A stretch of 64,000 bases of DNA from Puccinia triticina (taxonomy: Eukaryota), in assembly GCA_026914245.1 (NCBI GenBank), contig CP110439.1, forward strand, positions 2,356,001 to 2,420,000, given 5' to 3'. Below, piece by piece: positions 12,283 through 24,483 of this stretch (positions are counted from its first letter, which is position 1; each line of letters begins with the position of its first letter). Made by a program: the position numbers and the translations under genes. The notes under the pieces are model-generated. The model saw only the letters and a list, made by a program, of their open reading frames with translations, did not search any database and had not been told where the DNA came from.

Positions 12283-12631
12283 ACGGCAGCATACGGCCCT
12301 CAGGAGCCCTCAGGCTCCCGCTCCACGCCAGTTTCGTGCTCCGCACGCATGCCTGTATGGGCTTTGTACTATGTAAATACATAACCCATATTTATTTTTG
12401 TACAGTGGGTCATCTAATGTTTTTGGCACCACATTTTTGAATGCAGAAGCTCAGGCCACAGCCTTCAAGTCATGAGATTGGCTGCAGGGGTGGAAAATAG
12501 GTTCCTAAGAATGATTATGAAATAATAAAAAAGTAAAAATAAAAAAATGAAAAATGTGGAATTTTTTTCCGGACCTACTTTGCGCAGCAGCGAAAAACTC
12601 TTTGCGCACAGAATGGACCGTCCCCCGACGT

Positions 12632-13595
12632 TGTAAGACTCAAAAGTGGTTGTGAAACCCTTTTGCTGAATGGAGAAGGGGATGATGGAGGTGCAAAACT
12701 CTGCCCTTCTATACTATCAGATAACAAGACCCACCAAGCTAAGCTTGGCAAGTTTTAATCAAGTGATAGGTCTGGTCTAGTTCCAGATGAAGTTGTTCGA
12801 TGACAGGTATGTGAGATTTGAGAGTGAGTTCAGTAGTTATTTGGAAATATAAGGGTTGTAGTGATGGGTGAAGGTGATGGTAAGTGTGAAGGGTGGTATG
12901 TAAATAACTGGGGAATACTGAGCTGCGGGAAAAACAACTGGGGGAGAGAGCTCCTTATATAGACAAATGTGAGTGATTTTAGCTACAAGGGGGACCCTGG
13001 ATGAGGGATTTTAGCTGGTGGGCTGCATACAAGTGGTGTCAGAAGATACTAAATACAGACAAAAAGTGGGGTGAGAAATGAAAGATGAGGTCATACTATG
13101 CAAGGAGTGCATAAACAAAGCGGGGAAATGTCAAATACAGAGGTACTTCATGCAAGGGGTGCATGAGTGGTGTCAGACTAATGCAAGGAGTGCAGAAATG
13201 GGGTCAGAAGACTGCATGCAGCTGCAAGGGGTGCATAAATGAAGTGGGGACATGTCAAATACAGAAGAAATGGGGTTGGTCCCCTGCATATGCAGTGGAG
13301 ATAAGAGGGATAGAAAAGAGTATGTGTTTGGCTGGGGCTGAGTATGCGTATACCTGGGAAAGGTGACTTGAGGGGTGTGACAGGTTAATGACTGAGGCTG
13401 GCCGTGTCCATGAGGGTCCAAGAGGGTGTAACATCCAATCCTGCGGGGTTCCAGTGACGCTTCCAGTGGTGACTAGGGGTAAAATTGGCCGTAGAATCCA
13501 TTTATGAGGTCTATTTGGTGGTATCTTGAGGCCTAGGGTGAGTAAATATATGTATGAGAAAAAACTTTTGATTTTTCACTTTTCCGTCTACCACA
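12632..13595 (-). mobile_element. Solo LTR (964 bp), same family as 2884-9058, inverted
   Basis: Reverse complement of the 2884 copy without the Copia. TSD ACGT/TCGT. The empty-site sequence is visible in the opposite TIR arm near 31290. Confidence 0.9.
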
Positions 13596-14747
13596 TCGTC
13601 AAGCCCGCTGTGCGCGCAAGCCAAAAAATACTTCGCGCACAGCGACTTCCCCCAAAAGAAGGAGGGAGTTTTTCTGGATTTTTTTTTTTTTGATGGATCA
13701 AAAGAGGGGGTCTTGCTTGCCCCCTCCAAAAAATCTTGGATTTTTTGGAGGTGTCCTCCATCATGTAAATTTTTTTATAATATTAATCCAAAAAATAAGC
13801 TCCCCCTGCCCCGATAACCCACCCCGGGGAATTTTGACCTGCCAAAACTCAAGCGGTCGGGTGTGCAGCCCCTCAAAAAGAAAGTTTGAGGGGCAGCAGC
13901 TCCGGCTAACTCTGAGCCGCCGTGCCGTGCCGATGGCCGGCACAGGCCATCAAGCGGGGTTACACGCTCCCCAATGACCGGCCAGCACAGACTACCGGTC
14001 ATTGAGGGGATCATGTACTCCTCTCGATGGCCACTCTGTTTCGGTCATCAACAGGAGTACAAACTTCCCTCGATGACGTTCCGGTCACGAGGGGAGTGTT
14101 CACTCCTCTCGACAACCAGAGCAATTGGGCCGTCAAGGGGAGTACGTACATACATACTCCTCCCTTGATGACCGGAACATTCCGGTCATCAAGAGGAATA
14201 AATCCTTCCCCCAATGACTGAGTCCGTTCCGGTCATCGAGGGGGGTGCTCACTCCTCTCAATGACTGTAACGGGGCTCTTACAGGTGATTGGACAGAGCG
14301 CGGTGATGAATGCAAAAAGGTAGTGACAAAGATCTGAGTATTGTATTCGATGAGAAAGAGATACCAGATCAAAGCAACAGGCCTTTTATGTACAACCAAT
14401 GATAACTACGAGTGAAATAGCATAAGCAGCATGAAATAGGATGAGATATTTATGCTGCAGTGAGATACATAATAGGCATGATCATATTTAATATAAGTGA
14501 AATACATAATACTAAAGGAGAAGAATAGTCTTCGATACATCTACATGAGAAGCCTTGTAATAGTAAGTCCGGGGGTTACGTAATCCCTAGGACACACGGC
14601 TACAACTATCCCCCCCTTAATCATAGGCGCCAACCCGGAGCTGATAAATCCATAATTCGAGGAAACCAACAATCATGTGCCGCCAACCGGAACCTTTGCC
14701 ACCGCTTTTGCCGCCGAAACCAAGTCCTTCTGCGCCGCCACCTTGCG

Positions 14748-16408
14748 TCAATCATCGGCCTTTGCAATGGCCGGGGGAGTCGCCCACATTTTGTTTGGAA
14801 TGACTGATTGTGTTGATACCGGTCGTAAGTAATTTCCATTTACTGGGCGGTGATAATCGTTTCCATTATGATCTGATAAAATGTAAACATTGCCTTCCAG
14901 GACCGCTTTGATAGCAAAAGGGCCGAACCAACAAGGTTTTCCCTTTGTATGAGATTCGTTTCGAAGTTTCACATAATCGCCAGGTTCATGAATCCAGAGT
15001 GAGTCCTTTCCAAGCTTTTTGTCGAATAACTGTTTATTTTTTGAAGCTTTCTTGTTTTGACCTTCTAACGCTTTGATTCTATTCTGATTTAACTGGGTAA
15101 TTCTAGTTTGCAGTTGTTTTTCAGAAGCGGTTACTGGGTGTTTTGCGACCATCTTGATATTATCGGAAGGTAATCGGGGTCGCACTCCATACACCAATTC
15201 AAAAGGGGAGAATTTACTGGAGTCATTGATGTGAATCCGAGTAGAGTACAGTGCTGCTGGGAAAACGTCATCCCAACGCGCCGGATCCCCCGTCGTATTC
15301 AGCCTGAACAATGTCGCCTCCAAAATCCCATTGTACCGCTCGTTCTTGCCATTCGTCCAAGGATGGTAACCCTAATGTTTAGCTTCTTGATATTTCCTGC
15401 CAAAAGGAACCGCAACAATCCTCCAGACAGAAAATTCGAGCCTCTATCCGTAAGAAATTCTTTAGGTAAACCGAAAGGCGTGATAACTTTGTTCAATATT
15501 ACTTCAGCTACTTTCGTCGACGTCGCCTCCTTCATTGGTACCGCTATCGGCCATCCGGTACAGTGATCAATCACCGTCAAAATCCATTTATACTGGTTTT
15601 TTGATGACTCAGGCATCGAAATAAAATCCACAGACCATCGTTCAAAGGGACCCACAACAGGTAACGGTATCTGTTGTCCAGTTTCTTGCAATTGTCTTGC
15701 CCGTTCATTAATTTGACAAGATTCACAGGTTTGCACATAGCTTCGAACATCATGATAACGCGTCGGCCACCACCCTCGACCTCTCAATAAGTTAAGGGTG
15801 GCATCACGACCTCGATGTCCCGCGTCGTCATGCACTTTTTGCAACAAATGATATCTGTAAGTAGATATAATAAAAGGTGACCTTTCCTCATTTCCCGGGC
15901 GGCCCAGGTAAATTAAAGTCTCTTCCTCTTCATCCACTTCAAATTGTTCTAACATATCGACCGCTCTTCTGACTAAACCGTCTGGTACAGTCTTTGGAAA
16001 AGTCCTACTCAACTTCAAATACGTTGGTATGATAAGTGGCCAGTCCTAATCGCGCAGATCCTCATTGACCAGTTTAAAGACCATCAGGTCACTTCGCCGG
16101 GAAAGAGCATCAGGAACAACATTCTCAACGCCTTTCTTATATCTCACGTCAATATCCATTTCCGCGAATTCTTCCACCCATCTCGTCAGGCGTCTGGATG
16201 GTAAACTCTGCGACTTCAAATATTGGAGAGAAGCGTGGTCAGTATAAAAAATGGTGGTGCACATAGCTCCATCCAAGTACACGTGCCACTTCCTCCAGGC
16301 ATGGATAATAGCAAATAATTCTCTCTCCTGAGTGGGATAATTACATTGTGCTGAATTCAATTTTTTCGATTCATAGGCAACAGGATGCCATTTTTCTTCC
16401 TTGTCCGT
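14748..16408 (-). pseudogene. Gypsy-A pol 3' part: end of RNase H and integrase, with a stop and a frameshift
   Basis: WHPVAYESKKL, YTDHASL, NVVPDALSR; HDDAGHRG...CESC; WSVDFI, TDRGSNF; SPFELVYG, WFGPF. No chromodomain seen. Confidence 0.9.
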
Positions 16409-17468
16409 TGTGGTGAGCCTAATCAAAACCTTATTACATCACTCAGACACTCACCAGGAAGGAATCACCGCCAAACGCCCTCTAGAAATCACTCTGGTAC
16501 CTGTAATCCACGCCCACAGACACTTCATAATAGCCTAGAATCATCTCTACAAGGCGCCTCAACTTCTCAGTATTCACTTTCATGGATGGCCCTCCACAAT
16601 GGGTAATAAAATATGTACACAATCAGGTTCAAAGTGGGAGAAAGTCCACCATCAAACAGAGCCAGACTATTAGGAAGGACCCTGAGTGTTCACTAGAATT
16701 AACTCCTCTATATTCCAGCAAGGCGTAACTCTTTCTCAGATGCATGGCGGCTGATGCGCCATGGTTATTGTTTTCCTCTTATGTCATCCCAAGCCATGTA
16801 GTAGATGCCTTGTTGTTTTGTTGCCTTGTCACCTTGTTGGAGGCTTTTTGTACCCTTTTCCCATCTTTCTCTTCGTCTCAGAACCATCTGTTGTCCCCTC
16901 ACTATAAATGTAGAGCCTTTTGGCCCATTCTGTTTGTCCCCCATCAGATTGTCACTTTGCATCCCTGGTCACAGAATAAGAATTACATAGCCTATTTTAC
17001 CACATATTTTACAGTATATTTTCCCCCTTGATTTCGTCTAGAAAGCACTATTCTCAATACTTCATCAGCCACACTTTTCTTTAAGAGTCCATACTCTTAT
17101 TCTTGTCCCATATTACTCTCCCAACCTGAGAGGCAGCTTTTCACGCACTCATCCCTCTCTAAGCTCTATTCCCCCAAAGAGTAGTTCCACAAGTGGTGTC
17201 CCAACAGTGGCCTGAAGATCTTTAGATTTATAGTCTCGTCATTTCTAGGCTAAATAAATACATTAGTTAAAAATTACTCTAAAAATTCTATTGATCTTAG
17301 TAGAAAAATTACTCTTACTCTTAGTTTAAAATCTTTTCAAACAAAATTCCGACCTAGAATTCTTCTGAAATACCTTTAAACTCGACGCACCCAAGTCTTT
17401 CTACCTTAAATAACTATATCATCAACTTAGTAGACTCTAGAAACTTAACCGTAGAAATACCGCAAGAA

Positions 17469-20015
17469 ATGCCTAACGCCGGCAGACGAAGCTCTTTCTC
17501 CGGACCGTACCCTAGGTTCCATTTATCTAATATGGAAATTCCGCCGTTTGGAGGAAATACTAGACAAGCAAATGTTGGATTAGCGCCTGCGCCGATGGAC
17601 GTTGGATCGTCGGTTCCGCCGGGGAACGCTGGATCGTCAGTTACGCCGAGGAACGTCGGAGCTATGCCAATAGTGAATAGCGGGCTTACATTTTCATCAA
17701 ATCAAGCGCCCTCAGTGCCATTTAATCCTGGACCAATGAGAAATACTAGCCCTTCGACCACAGGAAGCGCAGCGTTGGATCCACTCCTAGGAAATAACTT
17801 TTTAAACAGTCAATACCGCCCTGCGCCGCAATACGTAAACCAGACTCGCCAATCAGGCGCAGCAGCTCAAATTACGCCACATTTCTTACAAACTAGCATT
17901 CAGCTCCCCGCCTATAACCCAGAACCATTTGGAAGGAAACCAGTTAAAATCAAAGCTGGCGCCAAAGGACTTATCTTTGATGGTACAAACATGGACATTG
18001 GAGATTTTATTAAGCGCCTGGAATATGCGGCTAGATTGGATGGCGCCCAAGGATCTGATATTGCTCTACAAATTATATTCTTCTTGGAAGGGGAATCTTT
18101 AATCAAAGAAGTACAGGAAATGGCGGAGCGGGAAAGACACGACTGGGAAAAACTCAAGCTTACATTAGTTCAATGTTGGGGAAAAATGCTTCCGCTTCTG
18201 CAGTACACAAGGAATGATTTGGACAAACTTATTTCAACCACGATGGCGAAGGGAATCAAAACCCAGAAGGAGTTCCAGGATTTCAGTATCCAGCTAGAAA
18301 ACTTAGTAGCCTACTTAGTACGCTGTCGACACATGGTTAGCGCGGAAGAAATCAGGCACTCGGTTCTAAATTGCTTATCTTTTCCCATCCGGATCGCCGT
18401 AAACCGCGAACTCATAAGAGATAACCACATGGAAATGGCCTTGGATGGATCTCACATTCTTCCGCCGTATAACACTATCTTGGACTATATTAATAGAGAA
18501 CTTAGGACTATGGCTATTTTAAACAACGAAAACATTCAGAAAGAAATTCAAACAATTCAGCCACCGGCGCAGAAAGCTCAACCAAAAGATAATGCTATGG
18601 ATCAACTTACTAAAAGCCTCTCTAGCTGGAATGTACAAAAGCAGCCGTCTCCATTTGTGTCGTCAAGTCACGTTCCTTATAAACCCGCCCAACTAGACCG
18701 GTCCCCATCTAGCTATAAATGTAATTACTGTCACATGATTGGACATACCATCCACAGGTGCAATCAAGTTAACTTGGACGAAATCAACGGATTAGTAAAG
18801 AAGGAAGGAACCAATGTTATTTTACCAGACGGAACTCAAATACCTTATGATAGAACCAGGCCTTTTAAAACCGTAGTTGACACTTATCACCAAAGCAGAG
18901 GACAAACAGCGGGAGTTATCAATCTACCGCCAGGAACGCATACGGGAAAAAAGGAAGATAGCGCACCAGAAGTCCAGACCTCTTTTGGAAAGCTTGAGGA
19001 GGTTGAATATGCGGAGGAAGACACTTTCAACTGCGACATTGGAAAGAGAACCAGAAGTGGTGCAGGATATCCTGAAGGGTCAGACAATTTGAAAGCAAAA
19101 AAAGTCAGAAACACAAAGGAAGAGCTCATGGACGTCGACGACGAGAGGATCTTGGAGATTGCTCGACAGGATGATTATGACCCAGTTCCTCTTCCTGCAT
19201 CTTCAAGAAAAGAAAACCCCGCACCAAAGAAGGTTAAAATCCTCACGCCTCAGGACTCTACCAGCGCGCCAACAAAGGAGAAACCTGCCCGCAAAACCTA
19301 TGTGGAAAGACCATTAGCTACGCAGTTCCCCGACACGGAAGAGAAGTTGGTCTCACAAATGTTAAATGAGAAAATTCAACTCACCATTGGAGAAGTTTTC
19401 GCCATATCTAACGGCGCCGTGGATGCATTCAAAAAGAAGATTAGTCCTAAAAGAGTTCCTATAGATCAACCTAAGACAACCAACGCTGTCGACGTCAACT
19501 CTGAAGACGAAGAGGAGGAAGCGCAAGATAGCGGTCCAGCGCATTACACTTGCCCCTTAGGATATGTTGCTGTCACCATTAATGGGAAGCAAATTCAGGC
19601 GCTCTTAGACAACGGTTCTCAAGTTAATCTTTTACCTAGGGATCTAGCGGGGAAAATGGGGCTTATAATTACTCAAAAACCTATGAAACTGCGCGGTATT
19701 GGCGGACACAAGAGTGACATTCTGGGAATTGCGGAAAATGTACCGGTTAAAGTAGGAAATATTACAAAAGAAGTGCATTTCTGGGTCTCTTCTGCGGCGG
19801 TACAGCCTATACTAGGAAAACCATGGTTGATAGACGTCTCAGCTACTATTCAATTCAAGGACAGCGGTGTGGAATCCCTCTCAATAAATAAAAATGGTCA
19901 GACTTACCTGGTTCCAATTTTAAACCCATCAAACCAAAAATACGAGACCACTTTTCCTGTCAATTCCGCCACAACTTCGAGTCATTTTTTAGCTTCTGGC
20001 ACCTTCCAGAAGTAG
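17469..20015 (+). CDS. Gypsy-B Gag-protease polyprotein (848 aa)
   Basis: Open frame with FDGTNM gag motif, CNYCHMIGHTIHRC knuckle and aspartic protease ALLDNGSQVN...ILGKPW. Confidence 0.9.
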   Translation: MPNAGRRSSFSGPYPRFHLSNMEIPPFGGNTRQANVGLAPAPMDVGSSVPPGNAGSSVTPRNVGAMPIVNSGLTFSSNQAPSVPFNPGPMRNTSPSTTGSAALDPLLGNNFLNSQYRPAPQYVNQTRQSGAAAQITPHFLQTSIQLPAYNPEPFGRKPVKIKAGAKGLIFDGTNMDIGDFIKRLEYAARLDGAQGSDIALQIIFFLEGESLIKEVQEMAERERHDWEKLKLTLVQCWGKMLPLLQYTRNDLDKLISTTMAKGIKTQKEFQDFSIQLENLVAYLVRCRHMVSAEEIRHSVLNCLSFPIRIAVNRELIRDNHMEMALDGSHILPPYNTILDYINRELRTMAILNNENIQKEIQTIQPPAQKAQPKDNAMDQLTKSLSSWNVQKQPSPFVSSSHVPYKPAQLDRSPSSYKCNYCHMIGHTIHRCNQVNLDEINGLVKKEGTNVILPDGTQIPYDRTRPFKTVVDTYHQSRGQTAGVINLPPGTHTGKKEDSAPEVQTSFGKLEEVEYAEEDTFNCDIGKRTRSGAGYPEGSDNLKAKKVRNTKEELMDVDDERILEIARQDDYDPVPLPASSRKENPAPKKVKILTPQDSTSAPTKEKPARKTYVERPLATQFPDTEEKLVSQMLNEKIQLTIGEVFAISNGAVDAFKKKISPKRVPIDQPKTTNAVDVNSEDEEEEAQDSGPAHYTCPLGYVAVTINGKQIQALLDNGSQVNLLPRDLAGKMGLIITQKPMKLRGIGGHKSDILGIAENVPVKVGNITKEVHFWVSSAAVQPILGKPWLIDVSATIQFKDSGVESLSINKNGQTYLVPILNPSNQKYETTFPVNSATTSSHFLASGTFQK

Positions 20016-23000
20016 GTGATTGGAAGGTGCCCAAATATAGTGTAGAAGAAAAGTTAGTGTTTGCGGCAAAATATAAATCAATGTCAAAAAAAATCAAGCC
20101 AGTAAATCAGTTCATGCCGCAGAACATAAACTCACCCTTATGTAGTCCTCCTTTATCTAGAGATCCTTATGTAACACCTTTAACTCCTCACCCGCCTAAT
20201 TTTACCCCTACTTGGAAAATCACAGAAGACTGCCTTAAAGTCATTAATTTCGGTCCACCTGGGTGGCTCAAACCTGAAGAACTTAAATTATTCAAGCATA
20301 TCATTGTAATGCGGCAGGGAGGACTTGCTTTTCGGGAGGAAGAGAGAGGACTTCTCAAACACACTTACGGGAAACCTTACATCATTCCCGTCATCGCCCA
20401 CGAACCTTGGCAGCAGTGACCTATTCCAATTCCTGCCGCAATTAAAGATCAATTCATAGAGTTAGTACGGGAGCGCATCCGAACAGGTCTTTATGAGCAG
20501 TCTTATTCCTCTTACTCTAGCACGGTCTTTTGCGTCAAAAAACAAGATGGAAGGCTCAGGATTGTCCACGACTTACAAAAACTCAATAAAGTAACAATTA
20601 AGGACTCTGGAATACCGCCTTCACCGGAAGAATTAATTGAATCTTTTACCGGGAGAGCTTGCTACGGTCTGGGAGATATAATGGGAGGCTACAATGAAAG
20701 AGAGTTATCATTAGAATCTAGGCCATTAACCACCTTTGAAACTCCTCTGGGACGATTTCAGCTTACCAGATTACCACAAGGAGCAACCAATTCTGTCGCC
20801 GTATACCAGGCGCAAATGATGTGGATTCTACAAGACGAAATTCCTCAAAATGTCGGTATATTCATTGATGATGGCGGTATAAAAGGTCCTGTTTCAGATT
20901 ACTATCAAGAAACTTTGGCAGAAAACCCTGGCATCAGGAAATTTATCTGGGAGTACGCCGTCACTCTGGAGCGGATCTTATTTAGAATAGAAGAAGCTGG
21001 ACTCACAATTTCCGGAAAGAAATTTGCCTGCTGCGTCCCCGCGTTGGATCTTGTGGGTCACGTTGTGTGCAGGGAGGGCAGAAAAATTTCGAAAAAACAG
21101 CTAAATAAAATTGAAACATGGCCAGTACCAAAAAATGCAACGGAAGTTCGAGGTTTTCTAGGAGTCTGCGTCTATGTCAGGATGTTTATTAAAGGACTTT
21201 CAGAGCTTGCCGCACCGCTTAGAAAATTGACCAGAAAAGACGCGGAATGGAACTGGAAAAAGGAGTGCCAGGATGTGTTTGATCTTTTGAAATGGATAGT
21301 AGGTTATGATATAACTCTAAAAAAATTGGACTACTCTGAAGGAGCAGGAAAAATAAAATTAGCGGTGGATTCTAGCTACATTGCGGCAGGAGCAGTACTC
21401 ACTCAAGAAGATAACCAGAAAGACAGGCCAGTCTTATACAAATCCGTGGTTTTTTCGCCGGTGGAATCCAGATATTCTCAATCAAAACTGGAGCTCTGTG
21501 GCGTCGCAAAAATCCTAAAAAAATTACAAACTCAGCTTTGGGGCCAGCAATTCGACCTCTTAGTGGACGCTAAAAGCCTTATAGAAATGATTAACTCACC
21601 TGATCTTCCAAATGCTCCCATGACTCGTTGGGTGGCTTTTATTCAATTATTCTCTTATAATTTGGTTCACGTCCCTGGGAAAACTTTCACTATGCCCAAC
21701 GGATTATCTAGAAGACCGCCAGACGATGATGAAGGAGAGCAGCCCAGTTTTGACGAAGATGAGAAATGGATTAAGCCTCATCCCGTTTTTGGCGTCAAAG
21801 AAGTTAACACTTTAAATTTGGGGGTGGAGCGCGGTCAATTTCAGCAAGAAGGAATTTGGGGCAAGCTTCAAGAATATTTGCTCACTCTAAATAGGCCAAC
21901 AGATACCTCTGACGCGGATTGGAAAGTAATAAAGCATAAATCTGCCGGCTTCATGGTCTCTGACGGCAAACTTAAAAAGAGAAATAAACCTTTCCCGCAA
22001 CTAGTTATCAGCAATCCAAAATACCAGGAACACATTCTGGAGGCGCTTCACGAACAACTTGGCCATAGAGGAGTGGAAGAAACTTACAAACGGACTAAGC
22101 TTAGGTTTTGGTGGCCGCACATGAAAAGAAAAGTCAAGAGTTGGGTCCAGTCCTGCGACGCCTGTCAGAAGAGAAGCCCCTTGAAACCTTTGGAACATAA
22201 GCACGCAACAGGGAAATCTACCATTTTTGGGCGCGTCAGTATGGATACAGTACATATTAAAGCGGGAAAGTGGAAATATCTAGTGATTGCAAGAGATGAT
22301 CTTTCCGGATGGGTCGAAGCTGTGGGATTGGAAACTCTTAAAGCTGAAAAGATTGCGCAGTGGTTTACAGACGAATGGATTTTCAGATATGGCGCACCTC
22401 ACACAGTTGTAGTCGACGGCGGGGCGGAATTTGGGAAGGAACTTCAGGATTGCTTAAAGCAGAAAGGATCCATTGTAAAAGTCACTACTCCATATTATCC
22501 GGAAGCAAACGGGATGGTAGAAAGAGGTCATCAGCCCATTAAAGATACCTTGGTTAAACTGGCTGGGACGGACGGAAAGAAATGGCGCAGCTACTTACCT
22601 CTTGTCCTTTTTGCGGATAGAGTTTCTACGAAGAGAACCACTGGTTATACGCCTTATGAACTCATGTTTGGCCAACCGGCGGTTTTACCAATTGACCTCG
22701 AACTGGAAACTTTCTTAGGGACTGATTGGGAGTCAGTAAAATCAACCGCAGACCTTCTCTTTGCCAGAGTTCGCCAACTGGAGAGGAGAGAATCAATTTT
22801 GCAAGAAGCCTACAAGAACATGAAGGACTCCAGGGAAAATTCTGTCAAATATTGGAATCAAAAGAAACCAGACAGAGGACCGCTTACGCTGGGATCCCTA
22901 GTTCTTGTGTACAATAAATCCCTAGAAAGTCAGTGGGGAAAGCTCTTTGAAAACCGCTGGAATGGGCCGTACCGCATAAAATCACAAGAAAAAAGTGGCT

Positions 23001-23161
23001 CATATACTTTAGAAGAACTCGACGGTCAAGAACTCAAGCGCAGGTATGCGGCGCCGCATGTGAAGCTGTTCCATTCAAGAAAACTCTGTTTTATTCTGGC
23101 TTCATTGCTTTTTTTGGGAAAGATTAAATTTTCTATGGCTATTCACATTTCAGACAGTTAG
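19985..23161 (+). pseudogene. Gypsy-B RT-RNaseH-integrase in the -1 frame, with one premature TGA at 20417
   Basis: RLPQGATNS, FIDD, AVDSS, YSQSKLEL, HEQLGHRG..CDAC, VDGGAEF, NGMVERGH, WNGPY. The frame is entered via T TTT TTA at 19985-19991. Confidence 0.9.
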
Positions 23162-23299
23162 ATCTATAAGGGCTTTCAAGATTTAAAAAAAAAAAAAAAA
23201 AAGAAAAAGAAGTGGGGGACTGGTGTTGCCGATAGGAAGCATAAATTAGTAAAATAAAGGAGTAAATTTCAGTGAAAAATAAAAAAATTAGGGGCTTAC

Positions 23300-23716
23300 T
23301 TAGTAGGCCATTTGAATCTCAAAGCTACCATTTATCAGCGCCTCAAGTTCGCGCTCAACATGGCGGAATTCCAGGACCACCGGACGACTGCCGCGGGCAC
23401 GGCCATTTCGACGAGCTCTTCTAGTCGGTTGATTGTGTTGGAATTGCGTTCTGGCGACAAGGAGGCGGAGGCGTTGCCGAAAAACATGAAGTTGCGGGAG
23501 TTCAACAACCCGAGTGACATAGGGGGCTGCTACATGTGCTCCAGCGATGAAATCTTCGTCGTCGGAGTGGATTAAGATAGGATAATTTTGTGAACCAAGG
23601 GGATAATTATTTACTAAAGATAAGGGAGTATTGGTTTCGCCGTAACCGCTGCGCGCGTTTGTTTGGGAGTTTGGATCCCAGGCACCATCAATAGGCGATT
23701 CAGGAATAAAAGACAT
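23300..23716 (-). CDS. Antisense accessory ORF of Gypsy-B (138 aa; acidic patch plus Arg-rich motif), function unknown
   Basis: ACC-ATG start, open frame, followed on its strand by T-rich sequence. Lies between pol and the 3' LTR. Confidence 0.5.
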   Translation of the reverse strand: MSFIPESPIDGAWDPNSQTNARSGYGETNTPLSLVNNYPLGSQNYPILIHSDDEDFIAGAHVAAPYVTRVVELPQLHVFRQRLRLLVARTQFQHNQPTRRARRNGRARGSRPVVLEFRHVERELEALINGSFEIQMAY

Positions 23717-23905
23717 GGTAAACAGGAGATGAGGCGAAGTTTGTGTGTTGGCTTAGCAAGGACTGATAGTAATGAGGAACTTGGGGTGGATGTGGATTTT
23801 CGCCATCATCTCAATCCCCTTTGTATAGCTTTGGGTGCTCTCCTTTTGCTCGGAAGAATCCGAGGACTTCGAACTTTCGTCTAGTTGGGAACAAGACCAT
23901 CGGCT

Positions 23906-24049
23906 TACATCTCCGCGACCACGCCAAACTACAAGCGTTTGTCTAGCCAGTAACATGATCTTTGGCCTACATCTCCGCGACCACGCCAAACTACAAGCGT
24001 TTGTCTAGCCAGTAACATGATCTTTGGCCTACATCTCCGCGACCACGCC
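23906..24049. repeat. 62-bp tandem repeat (~2.3 copies) inside Gypsy-B
   Basis: TACATCTCCGCGACCACGCC starts at 23906, 23968 and 24030. Confidence 0.9.
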
Positions 24050-24483
24050 GACCTTGAGCTCTCGACGGGCCAGTAACAATAACGTCGGTATAAATTAAAG
24101 AAAGCAAGTTTCCGGCCTAGGCCGGTCCAAAATTGAATCAACAAACGTACAAGACACGTTTCCGGCCTAGGCCGGTCCAAAAACGAAAACAACAAGCATA
24201 GCTTGCACAACTGGGACTGGAAATGATGCTTGAGCCAATAGCGGTAGCGCCATCCTCAGTTCAAAGGTGGCCTTGCTAACAACGCGGCGCACAATACCAT
24301 CTAGAAGCTAGACCGGAGACGATTCGCGTGGTGCTTGTTGATTGAGGGGTTCAACCGACCGGCGCACACCCCAGTTTCTTTCCCTCCATCTCGCGAGAGC
24401 CTTCTTACCACGACACACTTACATCCCGCCAACCTGTTTGGATTAGCATTTTTTTGTGAACATCTCAATACAACTCCTTCAAA

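Noticed and set aside
2884..13595. One giant TIR transposon or an inversion bounded by ~900-bp inverted repeats
   Set aside because: Each repeat has its own TG..CA ends and its own TSD, and the hAT halves flanking copy 1 are collinear. They are two independent solo LTRs.
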